Source of the DNA: Thermodesulfobacteriota bacterium
GTDB lineage: Bacteria; Desulfobacterota; Desulfobacteria; Desulfobacterales; C00003060
Direction: 5' to 3'
Length of the DNA stretch: 44,649 bases
Assembly (NCBI GenBank): GCA_034189385.1
Contig: JAXHVD010000030.1
Span: forward strand, 1 to 44,649
The notes beneath the pieces were generated by a model. It ran no database searches and was not told the origin of the DNA. It saw only the letters and a program-made list of their open reading frames with translations. Below, piece after piece: positions 9,683 to 18,049 of the stretch (positions are counted from its first letter, which is position 1; each line of letters opens with the position of its first letter). The position numbers and the translations under genes were made by a program.

Positions 9683-9724
9683 TTGACGAAATAGCCTGTG
9701 TAAATTATAATGACCATTATAATT
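9683..9724 (+). promoter_or_regulatory. Sigma70 promoter with overlapping palindromic operator (TA2)
   Basis: TTGACG-17bp-TATAAT; perfect inverted repeat AATTATAATG-AC-CATTATAATT. Confidence 0.85.
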
Positions 9725-9741
9725 AGCAAGAGGGGAGGGTA

Positions 9742-10011
9742 ATGGCCGATTTTCAAGATATTCTACCTGTTACAAAGGTTAAGAGGGAGTTCCTGGATAT
9801 CCTCAGGGTCATGGAAGAGGAAGACTCCACCATCGCCCTGACCAGAAACGGGGAGGCCGTAGGGGTCATGATGACCCCGAGACGATATGAGGCCTTGCTG
9901 GAGACGATCGAGATTCTTGCCGATCAGGAGATATTGGCCACTTTGGAGAAATCTGCAAAGGACTTCGCGTCGGACAAGGTCTGCACCGATGAAGAGGTCT
10001 GGCAGGAGTAA
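9742..10011 (+). CDS. Phd/YefM-family antitoxin (TA2)
   Basis: ILPVTKVKREF...LTRNGEAVGVMM...YEALLETIEIL. Confidence 0.92.
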   Translation: MADFQDILPVTKVKREFLDILRVMEEEDSTIALTRNGEAVGVMMTPRRYEALLETIEILADQEILATLEKSAKDFASDKVCTDEEVWQE

Positions 10012-10292
10012 TGGCGTACAGACTCCTCTACTCCGAGGCTTCCCGTGAACAGATCAAAAATCTGCACCCTGAAATAAAGCCTCTTGTCAAATCCAGAGTA
10101 CAGAAACTCAAAGAGAATCCTTTTGCAGGACACAGCCTGGAAAGGGAGCTTTCAGGGTATCGGTCCCTCAGGGCCAAGCGCTTTCGGGTCATCTACAAGG
10201 TAAGGGAGCAAGATCAGGTTGTTGAGATCCACCACGTGGGCCACCGGAAAGACATCTACCAGCTATTCAAAGAGCAGGCAGAAAGGCCATAG
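10011..10292 (+). CDS. RelE/ParE-family toxin (TA2)
   Basis: LKENPFAGHSLERELSGYRSLRAKRFRVIY...VGHRKDIY; overlaps the antitoxin stop. Confidence 0.92.
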   Translation: MAYRLLYSEASREQIKNLHPEIKPLVKSRVQKLKENPFAGHSLERELSGYRSLRAKRFRVIYKVREQDQVVEIHHVGHRKDIYQLFKEQAERP

Positions 10293-10350
10293 ACCTGACT
10301 TGCCCAAAGGGGTGTGATGGTTCATTTGGCTATACTTCAACGATTAGGTC

Positions 10351-10399
10351 TTGACACAGGGGACTAGGATGGCCACAATATGTACAGGTTTACGTACAT
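10351..10399 (+). promoter_or_regulatory. Sigma70 promoter and YefM-type operator (TA3)
   Basis: TTGACA-17bp-CACAAT followed by ATGTAC-N8-GTACAT. Confidence 0.75.
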
Positions 10400-10400
10400 A

Positions 10401-10601
10401 GAGACCTTTGCACAACCCCTTCTCACTCGGTTCTGTGAGCTTTTTGACCCATCCTCGGCTTTGTTCACTAAACCGCAAAAACTCGGCTTAACAGCCTCAA
10501 ACAGTTTGCGATTTGCCCACTGAGGTGGGCCGCTCACCGCAGCTGGGTGGGTGCCCCAAAAAGCGCACAATGAGCGCTCGAAGGAGTTACGCAAAGGTCT
10601 C
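10401..10601. mobile_element. 201-bp MITE with 22-bp TIRs and 5-bp target duplication
   Basis: GAGACCTTTGCACAACCCCTTC versus reverse complement of the right end GAGACCTTTGCGTAACTCCTTC (19/22). ACATA on both sides (10396-10400 and 10602-10606). Confidence 0.92.
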
Positions 10602-10619
10602 ACATACTAGGGGGGTGCC

Positions 10620-10877
10620 ATGAATAAGTTGACGGCAACCGACGCACGACGGGACTTTTTTGAGATTGTCAAAGGTGCCGCTCAAAAGCACCAGGTATTT
10701 CGGATTCAACACCGCCATGGCTCTGTTGTTCTTCTTTCAGAAGACGAATACGATAGCCTGATTGAGACGCTGGAACTGCTTTCCATACCAGGTTTCCGGG
10801 AAAGTATGAAACGGTCAGCCGAGCAGGTCAAGAAGGGAGAAACGGTCTCTCTGGAAGACGCGCTTGGAGCTGATTGA
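10620..10877 (+). CDS. Phd/YefM-family antitoxin (TA3)
   Basis: LTATDARRDFF...VVLLSEDEYDSLIETLELLSIPG. Confidence 0.93.
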   Translation: MNKLTATDARRDFFEIVKGAAQKHQVFRIQHRHGSVVLLSEDEYDSLIETLELLSIPGFRESMKRSAEQVKKGETVSLEDALGAD

Positions 10878-11134
10878 TGGCGTTGTATGAAATCCGCTTT
10901 ACCAAAGAGGCTGTCAAAGATGTTGAAAAGCTCTCCCCGCGCCTGAAGAAGAAACTCAAAGAGATTGCCGTGAATCTGATCTCAGTAGAGCCTTATGCCG
11001 GGAAGAAGCTGGTGGGAGACCTGAAAGGTTTTTATTCGATACGGTTGACCTACAGAGATCGGATTGTCTACTCGGTTGATGAAGCCAACAAGACTGTCTA
11101 CGTCCATAGAGCCAGAACGCACTACGGTGAATAG
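10877..11134 (+). CDS. Txe/YoeB (RelE superfamily) toxin (TA3)
   Basis: YEIRFTKEAVKD...KKLVGDLKGFYSIRLTYRDRIVY...RARTHYGE. Confidence 0.9.
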   Translation: MALYEIRFTKEAVKDVEKLSPRLKKKLKEIAVNLISVEPYAGKKLVGDLKGFYSIRLTYRDRIVYSVDEANKTVYVHRARTHYGE

Positions 11135-11209
11135 TGAAAATGCCCTGGTTGTCATGGCAGCCGGAACCGGTCCGGCTTTTGTCCTTGCGCCACTGAGGAT
11201 GTAACCCTT

Positions 11210-11266
11210 TGACCAATCGACCACTTGACAACTCAACCAATCCACCAATCACCCATTTAGCCAATC
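11210..11266 (+). repeat. Degenerate octamer tract (ACCAATCA/ACCACTTG-like); other tracts at ~7702, 12701, 13365, 14430, 44410 and inverted at ~40590
   Basis: ACCAATCG ACCACTTG ACAACTCA ACCAATCC ACCAATCA CCCATTTA GCCAATCG. Confidence 0.85.
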
Positions 11267-11282
11267 GTCTGCCTTCGTCGGC

Positions 11283-11731
11283 GCCTGCCCCGTGCAATCC
11301 TATTTCACCGGGGTGTGCTTGCCCCGTGAAACGCCTATTTCACCGGGGCTTGCCCCGTGAAACGCCTATTTCACCGGGGTCTGTGTGTGTCTGTGGCTAA
11401 TCAATCTTCATTTCACTGGGGCCTGCCCCGTGAAACGTCTATTTCACCGGGGCTTGCCCCGTGAAACCCCTATTTCACTGGGGTGTGCTTGCCCCGCAGG
11501 TCCGGCAGATCCTACCGGGGCCTGCCCCGTGAAACGGCTATTTCACCGGGGTCGGTGTGTGCTTGCCCCGTGAAACGCCTATTTCACCGGGGCTTGCCCC
11601 GTGAAACGCCTATTTCACCGGGGTCGGTGTGTGCTTGCCCCGTGCAATCTTGCGCGTATCCTTTGGAGAGGTCTCCCCAGAGAGGATCATTTCACTGGGG
11701 CTTGCCCCGTGAAACGCCTATTTCACTGGGG
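11283..11731 (+). repeat. Family B REP-like hairpin array (11 units + 1 half)
   Basis: Co-oriented GCYTGCCCCGTGMAA...TTTCACYGGGG units with short GT-rich linkers. Confidence 0.93.
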
Positions 11732-11837
11732 TCTGTGGCTAAACCCAATTCTCGTCACTTGTCACTGACCAGGTCAAGGACCACAAGGAGGCCTTCGGCG
11801 ATTGAAATAGTAGTTGGCTCAGAAGAATGGTTTGCCC

Positions 11838-11884
11838 TTGACAACAAATCTATCCGGTTGCATAATGGTTTCAAATTGAAACCA
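11838..11884 (+). promoter_or_regulatory. Sigma70 promoter with palindromic operator (TA4)
   Basis: TTGACA-17bp-CATAAT; TGGTTTCAA-A-TTGAAACCA. Confidence 0.85.
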
Positions 11885-11899
11885 ACTGGAGGTATTTAT

Positions 11900-12142
11900 A
11901 TGGCAACGGTAACGGTAAAGAATATACCAAATGAGCTTTACGACCGCCTCAAGTCAGTCGCAGAAATAAATCGGCGCTCCATAAATAGCGAGATTATCAT
12001 GTGCATTGAAAATGCTGTTATAAGTCGCCGAATAAATCTCGACGAGGTGCTTGAGAATGCACGCCAGCTCCGTCAATTGACAGCCGGACATCTAATCAGT
12101 GATGATGAATTCAACAAGGCTAAAACAGAAGGTAGGCTATGA
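11900..12142 (+). CDS. Arc/FitA-like RHH antitoxin (TA4)
   Basis: MATVTVKNIPNELYDRLKSVAEINRRSINSEII; GGAGGT RBS. Confidence 0.92.
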   Translation: MATVTVKNIPNELYDRLKSVAEINRRSINSEIIMCIENAVISRRINLDEVLENARQLRQLTAGHLISDDEFNKAKTEGRL

Positions 12143-12540
12143 TTGTGGTTGATACAAATGTTATTGGCTATCTCTTCCTATCAAGCGAGCAATCCATTTT
12201 AGCCGAACGTGCCCTACAAAAGGACAAGGAATGGGCAGCACCGATGTTATGGCGTAGCGAATTTCGCAATGTCCTAACTCTTTATATAGGAAAAGATATC
12301 ATCAAGTTGGAGCAAGCTCAGCAGATAATGAATAGTGCGTTGGAATTACTAAGGGGTCGAGAATATGAGGTTCCATCATATGAAGTTTTACGGCTTGCCT
12401 CAACAAGCAATTGTTCTGCTTATGATTGTGAATTTATCGCCACGGCAAAGGACCTGAAAGTCCCTTTAGTAACTGTTGATAGGCAGTTGCTGCGTGAGTT
12501 TTCTTCAGTGGCAATATCATTAAATTCGTACAGCGAATAA
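12139..12540 (+). CDS. vapC: VapC PIN-domain toxin (TA4)
   Basis: MIVVDTNV...WRSEFRN...SAYDCEF...LVTVD, retaining the PIN acidic residues. Confidence 0.93.
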   Translation: MIVVDTNVIGYLFLSSEQSILAERALQKDKEWAAPMLWRSEFRNVLTLYIGKDIIKLEQAQQIMNSALELLRGREYEVPSYEVLRLASTSNCSAYDCEFIATAKDLKVPLVTVDRQLLREFSSVAISLNSYSE

Positions 12541-12793
12541 TTATAAGGCAGTGCACCAGCCGACCTGTCACTGTCCTTGTCCGCAAAACGCTGGCGCCTT
12601 TGCGTCAAGTGAGTTGTTCGTTCGCCCACATCGAAGAACTTGGGACTGAAAAAAGGAGGAGGTATGGCACAAGCGGCTGAGTCTGATGAATTGATCGCAA
12701 ACGATTCAACCATTTAACCACTTAACGACTCAACCAATACCCCATTCAACTATTTGACAAAACAGCCAATGATTGTATTGAGGAGGTCACTAG

Positions 12794-13057
12794 ATGCTTA
12801 TTGAATATGTTAATAAAGCTATGAGTAAGGCGGTTTACGATAAACTGGACGATGGTACTTTTTCGGGCAAGATCCCGCAGTGTCCTGGTGTCGTCGCCTT
12901 TGGAGAATCATTCTTTCAGTGCGAGCAAGCATTGAGATCCTCCCTTGAAGGATGGCTCATTGTAAAAATTAGGCATGGAGATCAATTGCCGGTCATAGGC
13001 AAGATCAATTTAAACAAAAAAATGCCTGTTCTTGAAGGCGCTACTGCCCATGGGTAA
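12794..13057 (+). CDS. hicB: HicB-family antitoxin (TA5)
   Basis: AVYDKLDDGTFSGKIPQCPGVVAFG...LRSSLEGW. Confidence 0.88.
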   Translation: MLIEYVNKAMSKAVYDKLDDGTFSGKIPQCPGVVAFGESFFQCEQALRSSLEGWLIVKIRHGDQLPVIGKINLNKKMPVLEGATAHG

Positions 13058-13190
13058 ATGGAAGCCATGCAAACGAAGAGATTTCATCAAAAAACTCAAG
13101 AATCTCGGTTTCGGATCACCTGAACCGGGCGGCCGGCATTTCTATCATGACTCGTCACTGACCATTTGTGGCTTAACACCTAAGACGTAA
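13050..13190 (+). pseudogene. hicA: Truncated HicA toxin (TA5)
   Basis: MGKWKPCKRRDFIKKLKNLGFGSPEPGGRHFY, then runs into a repeat tract at ~13150 and stops after 46 codons. Confidence 0.85.
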
Positions 13191-13202
13191 CACCTAAAAC
13201 GT
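13150..13202 (+). repeat. Heptamer composite (TCGTCAC)n-TGACCATTTGTGGC-(TAACACC/TAAGACG)n; also at ~11751, 13507, 13577, 14990, and related at 42134
   Basis: Near-identical CTCGTCACTGACCATTTGTGGCTTAACACCTAAGACGTAACAC at 13151 and 14997. Confidence 0.85.
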
Positions 13203-13226
13203 GGATCAGATTCCCAGCCCTGCCGT

Positions 13227-13339
13227 CCACTCTGTTTTACGCCATAGGCGTAGGCCGGGGCCGGTGGAATCAGGAAACCCTGATTCTTCCGGCAGTTGTT
13301 GCCGTTTGTCTGCGTGAGTCGGCGTGTGTCTGCGGTTAA
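13227..13339. repeat. Family A variant right half, duplicated at 14670-14760
   Basis: CCACTCTGTTTTACGCC-NNN-GGCGTAGG...GAATCAGGAAACCCTGATTC...GTCTGCG present in both places. Confidence 0.8.
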
Positions 13340-13412
13340 GGGAAAAGATTCCAATGTTGTTCATCCCAATCAACCATTTGACAAAACAGCCAATCATTTG
13401 GCGTTCATCCGC

Positions 13413-13477
13413 GCTTGCCCCGTGCAATCCTATTTCACCGGGGTGCGCCTGCCCCGTGAAACCCTATTTCACCGGGG
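13413..13477 (+). repeat. Family B hairpins (2 units)
   Basis: Two GCYTGCCCCGTG...TTTCACCGGGG units. Confidence 0.9.
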
Positions 13478-13628
13478 TCCGTGTGGGTCTGTGGCTAAAC
13501 CCAAATCTCGTCACTCGTCACTGACCATTTGTGGCCTAACACGTAAAACCCAAACACCTAAATCGGTTCCCGGACTGGTGACTTGTCACTGATCATTGGT
13601 AACTTAACATGTAAAACCTGTAAGAAGC

Positions 13629-13657
13629 TTGACAATTAGTAACGTAAGTGTTACCAT
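13629..13657 (+). promoter_or_regulatory. Sigma70 promoter with operator (TA6)
   Basis: TTGACA-17bp-TACCAT; GTAAC-N6-GTTAC. Confidence 0.75.
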
Positions 13658-13675
13658 CTGGCCATATGTCTCATG

Positions 13676-14005
13676 ATGATAGAGGTAAAAGAGTACGTAG
13701 ACGAGACTGGCAAATCTCCTTTTTCCATTTGGTTCAACCACTTGGAGGCAATAGCGGCTGGGAAGGTTTCAACGGCACTATATCGGATGGAGCAAGGAAA
13801 TTTTTCAAATGCAAAGGGCGTTGGTGAAGGGGTTTTAGAATACAAGATTGATTTTGGGCCTGGCTATAGACTCTATTTTGGAAAAGAGGGTGCCAACATG
13901 GTGATTATCCTGGGTGGGGGAACAAAGAAAGGCCAACAAAAGGATATCTCTACTGCAAAGGCATACTGAAAGCATTATAAGGCCCGGAAACGTCATAGCA
14001 CCTGA
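13676..14005 (+). pseudogene. RelE/HigB-like addiction-module toxin (TA6) with a probable premature TGA at 13967-13969
   Basis: KEYVDETGKSPF...GEGVLEYKIDFGPGYRLYFG...GGGTKK; reads AKAY*KHYKARKRHST* where the family has a conserved W. Confidence 0.8.
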
Positions 14006-14014
14006 GGTGTTACC

Positions 14015-14365
14015 ATGTCTTTAACAAGAGATTTTCGGGAAACGATACAGGACCGAGCCCAAAAGGACCCTGCTTTTCGTAAGGCCATGCTAGCCGAGGC
14101 GATCGACGCCTTCTTATCGGGCCATGTGGAAACGGGGAAGGCTATGTTGCGGGATTATATAAATGCTACTATTGGCTTTGAAACACTCAGCAAGAAGATC
14201 CAGAAACCGAGCAAAAGCCTTCACCGTATGCTAAGCCCTGCAGGAAATCCGAATACAAACAACTTTTTCAGGATCCTGCATTATTTGCAGAGCAATGAAG
14301 GTGTGGAACTCGTCGTCACTGCCCGTCAGGCTCAAGATACTGCCGTCCGTGACATTGCGCCCTAA
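14015..14365 (+). CDS. HTH antitoxin / transcriptional regulator (TA6)
   Basis: MSLTRDFRETI...LRDYINATIGF...KSLHRMLSPAGNP. Confidence 0.88.
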   Translation: MSLTRDFRETIQDRAQKDPAFRKAMLAEAIDAFLSGHVETGKAMLRDYINATIGFETLSKKIQKPSKSLHRMLSPAGNPNTNNFFRILHYLQSNEGVELVVTARQAQDTAVRDIAP

Positions 14366-14399
14366 AACCTGGTTGGAGATTTCATCCAAATCCGGCCAG

Positions 14400-14960
14400 G
14401 CCTGTCCAGTGAAATGCAAGGCCGATTTCACCATTCGACCACTTAACGATTCAACCAATACCCCAATCAACTATTTGACAAAACAGCCAATCATTTGCCG
14501 TTCATCCGTGCTTGCCCCGTGCAATCCTATTTCACCGGGGCCTGCCCTGTGAAATGCAGTGCGTATTGTTTGCAGATGTCACCGGTTAGAGAATTATTTC
14601 ACCGGGGTCGTCGGCGCCATAGTCTGCGTTCGTCCGCGAGAGTCTGCGGTTAATCTGTCTCTAAGGCTTCCACTCTGTTTTACGCCGAAGGCGTAGGCAG
14701 GGGCCGGTGGAATCAGGAAACCCTGATTCTTCAGGCAGTTATTGCTGTTCGTCTGCGTGTGCCTGCCCCGTGAAACCCTATTTCACCGGGGCTTGCCCCG
14801 TGCAATCTTGCGCGTATCCTTTGGAGAGGTCTCCCCAGAGAGGATCATTTCACTGGGGCTTGCCCCGTGCAATCCTATTTCACTGGGGTCTGTGTGGGTC
14901 TGTGGCTAATCAATCTTCATTTCACTGGGGCTTGCCCCGTGCAATCCTATTTCACTGGGG
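14400..14960 (+). repeat. Composite of family B hairpins (~7), an octamer tract and family A right ends
   Basis: B units at ~14400, 14510-14607 and 14761-14960; an A right end ending GCGGTTAAT at 14654. Confidence 0.88.
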
Positions 14961-15316
14961 TCCGTGTGGGTCTGTGGCTAATCAGAAATCTCGTCACTCG
15001 TCACTGACCATTTGTGGCTTAACACCTAAGACGTAACACGAATCACCCTAACCCAACCACTAAAACGGTCTATCGGTATTTGACCGACGCATCTACCCAA
15101 CACTGTCCCCATTTTGTCTCGGGAAGTGAGATTCCCAACATACTCATCAATAGTAACTTGTTATAAATGCAACTTGTCCATTTTTACCCACAAATTCGTA
15201 TGAGGATCCAATGGAGGATTTCGCAACAGGCCTTGTGACCTGACGACACTTTTGTCCAAAAGGCAATTTGGTAGGTGCCCGGAGAGGTTTCAGGAAGCAC
15301 GAAAGGAAATCTGCTG

Positions 15317-16258
15317 ATGTCCGGAAATGAGAACATATGCCGTGGTAAGACACACACGGTGTCTTGTGACCTTTGTGGTTCTTCCAGGTACCAATACTTG
15401 TTCAGTCAGCCCTACGATAGAGCGGATGACTGGGAATGGTACCGTGTAGTGAGATGTGTCGATTGCGGTTTGGCTTTCATAAACCCCCAGCCGCTTCCAG
15501 AGGAATTGGGTCGCTTCTACAACACCGGTTACTACACAAAAAGGGCAAACCCTAAATGGGAAGAAAAGTACCGGCGACGATGTGAAGTTCTGAAACGGCT
15601 ACCTGGAAGAAAGGTCATTGATCTTGGGTGTGCCCGTGGTGATTTCGTCAGGTACCTTCGTAAGGATGGGTATGAAGTGGCTGGCTATGAAGAGTTGTAT
15701 ACCCACAGCCTGGAAGATGTCACTGTATATCATGGAACGCCTCAGCACTTGATAGACAAAGGCGAGAAGTATGACATCGTTGCAGCTTGGGGTGTCCTCC
15801 CCCACCTTCCCAAACCGAGTCTATACTTTCAACTGGCCAACAACCTGTTACAAGAGGGCGGGCATTTCGTTTTCACGGCCACAAATATAGACAGTATCGC
15901 GTCAAGACACCTGTATGCGGAAGATATTCCCCGGCACTTGACATTCTTCTGTCCTGAAACAATTCAACAATACGCCCAACAACATGGTTTTCACGTTCAG
16001 CTCACCCAGCAGCGCAATGATTTGCACACCCTATCCTATTTGGACCTGTTTGGTTTCATATTTCACAGGATCGTCGGAAAGGAGTTCCGGTACGAAGACT
16101 CGATGAAGTCTCGACTGAGAAATGGCGCCCCAATAAACCCCCTATTCAGAAGGGCTTCCAAGGCTTTAGCTCCAATGGGTCGGTCATTTGACAGGCTGCG
16201 CGGAAGAAACGGGGCCTTGGTATCCGTCCTGAAGAAGCAAGGGACACCATTGGCGTAA
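15317..16258 (+). CDS. Class I SAM-dependent methyltransferase with N-terminal Zn-binding motifs
   Basis: CDLCG...RCVDCG, VIDLGCARG and PRHLTFF. Confidence 0.88.
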   Translation: MSGNENICRGKTHTVSCDLCGSSRYQYLFSQPYDRADDWEWYRVVRCVDCGLAFINPQPLPEELGRFYNTGYYTKRANPKWEEKYRRRCEVLKRLPGRKVIDLGCARGDFVRYLRKDGYEVAGYEELYTHSLEDVTVYHGTPQHLIDKGEKYDIVAAWGVLPHLPKPSLYFQLANNLLQEGGHFVFTATNIDSIASRHLYAEDIPRHLTFFCPETIQQYAQQHGFHVQLTQQRNDLHTLSYLDLFGFIFHRIVGKEFRYEDSMKSRLRNGAPINPLFRRASKALAPMGRSFDRLRGRNGALVSVLKKQGTPLA

Positions 16259-16334
16259 ATCGTTTTGCTGCTTCCTGCTCCCGATAGTCTCTGATCTTTG
16301 CAGCCGGCAAATCTTCCTTTTGACCTAACAGACA

Positions 16335-17852
16335 GTGACCGAACAGAACAAGAAACCTGTGGAAGAGTTCCTGCCAGACCTCGCCCTCAGACGAGGCCTG
16401 AAGGAAACGTCTACTCGTGGCGGATTTCACTTGTTGCTCTCCCAGGTGGGGCAAGGGGCATTGACACTCTGCTCCACCGTGGTCCTTGCCAGGTTGCTCG
16501 TGCCGGAGGATTTCGGTCTTGTCGGAATGGGAATGGTGGTGATAAATCTCTTGTTGCCCATCGTTAATCTCAACTTGTCGAAAGCCACCATACAGAGGAA
16601 GGAACTGCTGCAAAGCCAGGTGAGCAACCTCTTCTGGTTCAACACGGCTGCAGGGGCCTTTCTTGCTCTTTTGGTGGCCCTGTCCTCTGTTGGGATATCG
16701 AGTCTGTTCAACGAGATCCGGCTGGCCAGAGTCATTCCTCTTCTCTCCATTAGCCTACTTCTCCAAGGGACATTGGTACAGCATCGTGGCTTGATGGGTC
16801 GTTTCATGCGGTTTGGTCGCATCACCTGTGCAAGTCTGTTGGCCAAACTGGTCTCTACTGCGGCCGCAATCGGCCTTGCCTTGATGGGGGCTGGGTACTG
16901 GTCCTTAGTCGCCATGCAATTGATCCAAAACGGCACGCTGGTCTTGGGATTTTGGGCCCTCTGTCCATGGCGTCCTTCATTGCCCTCAAGGGGGGCCGAC
17001 ACCCGGTCATTCTTCAGGTTTGGACAAGATCTCACGCTGGGTTCCATACTGGGGACCCTGTCACTGAATCTGGATCAGGCCTTGATTGGGGGACTTTTTG
17101 GCCCATCGACGCTGGGGCTGTACCGTAAGGCCCACAATCTGATCAGAAAGGCTTTGGTGACGCTTCGAGGTCCCCTCACATCGGTCATGCTATCCGCAAT
17201 GAGCCGCCTCCAAGATCGACAACAGGAATATCGCGCCTATTTCAGCAAAGGGACAGCTTTGACTGCATTCATAGCCATGCCGCTGGTGGCATACCTCATG
17301 GTGAATGGCGACCACGTCGTTCTGTTACTACTGGGTGAAAAGTGGATGGGAACAGTCTTTTTCATTAAGGCCTTTGCTGTTGCCGGGTTTTTCGAAACGG
17401 TGATGCAGGTTGGCGGCGTCGTGTTGATGAGCCTGGGGCGGACCAGGAAGCTGTTGGCCATACGAGTCATTCGACACGCTCTGAGGCTCGCCGCTATCGT
17501 GGCAGGGCTGCACTGGGGAGCTTCGGGCGTGGCTACCGCATATTGTGTGATCACCGTTGTGTCTTTCGTGCCTGTCATGGGGAGTTCGTTTTCAAATACT
17601 CCGGTTTCAATGAGAGTATTCCTGGATGCTGTGTGGCGTCCCGCGCTTTGCAGTATAATGATGGGCACAGTAGTATTCTACTTCCGACGTTTTTTGCCGA
17701 CAATGCATGTTATACAGATTGTGTTGGTTGAAATGAGTATCAGTCTTGTCGTTTACTTCGTCCTGTGGTGTCTGTGCCCAGGAGGGCCCGGCATACTGCG
17801 GCGGTATGGATCCTACGGGAAGTTGCTCTTTGTCCGGCAGGCCTCCACATGA
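16335..17852 (+). CDS. wzx: Wzx flippase (WzxC-like)
   Basis: VLARLLVPEDFGLVGM and many TM segments; LLLGEKW. Confidence 0.93.
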   Translation: MTEQNKKPVEEFLPDLALRRGLKETSTRGGFHLLLSQVGQGALTLCSTVVLARLLVPEDFGLVGMGMVVINLLLPIVNLNLSKATIQRKELLQSQVSNLFWFNTAAGAFLALLVALSSVGISSLFNEIRLARVIPLLSISLLLQGTLVQHRGLMGRFMRFGRITCASLLAKLVSTAAAIGLALMGAGYWSLVAMQLIQNGTLVLGFWALCPWRPSLPSRGADTRSFFRFGQDLTLGSILGTLSLNLDQALIGGLFGPSTLGLYRKAHNLIRKALVTLRGPLTSVMLSAMSRLQDRQQEYRAYFSKGTALTAFIAMPLVAYLMVNGDHVVLLLLGEKWMGTVFFIKAFAVAGFFETVMQVGGVVLMSLGRTRKLLAIRVIRHALRLAAIVAGLHWGASGVATAYCVITVVSFVPVMGSSFSNTPVSMRVFLDAVWRPALCSIMMGTVVFYFRRFLPTMHVIQIVLVEMSISLVVYFVLWCLCPGGPGILRRYGSYGKLLFVRQAST

Positions 17853-18049
17853 GAAGGCCACTGCAAAGGGAGCTGTCAGCAAGATGTGTGTAACGCAAGG
17901 TGAACCGGGGCAAAACCAAGTGCCCCTGAACGACCATGGCCGACACTGGGGGCCGCCGTTCCACCTCGTCTCGAGGCCAGTAGGCTCAGAGGGGGTAGGC
18001 AACTCATGAAGTCAGGGCACGGCAGCCCCGGGACCTTTCGAACCAGAAC

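Noticed and set aside
11283..11731. Family B array as CRISPR
   Set aside because: Units abut or have short repetitive linkers; there are no unique spacers of regular length.
11483..11899. Long N-terminal extension of the TA4 antitoxin and other ORFs over repeats (e.g. 7624-7992, 14707-15036, 43472-43672)
   Set aside because: These are translations of B/A repeats; a promoter and RBS support ATG 11900.
6722..15045. Canonical integron
   Set aside because: No tyrosine integrase or attI, and only one doubtful attC-like site.
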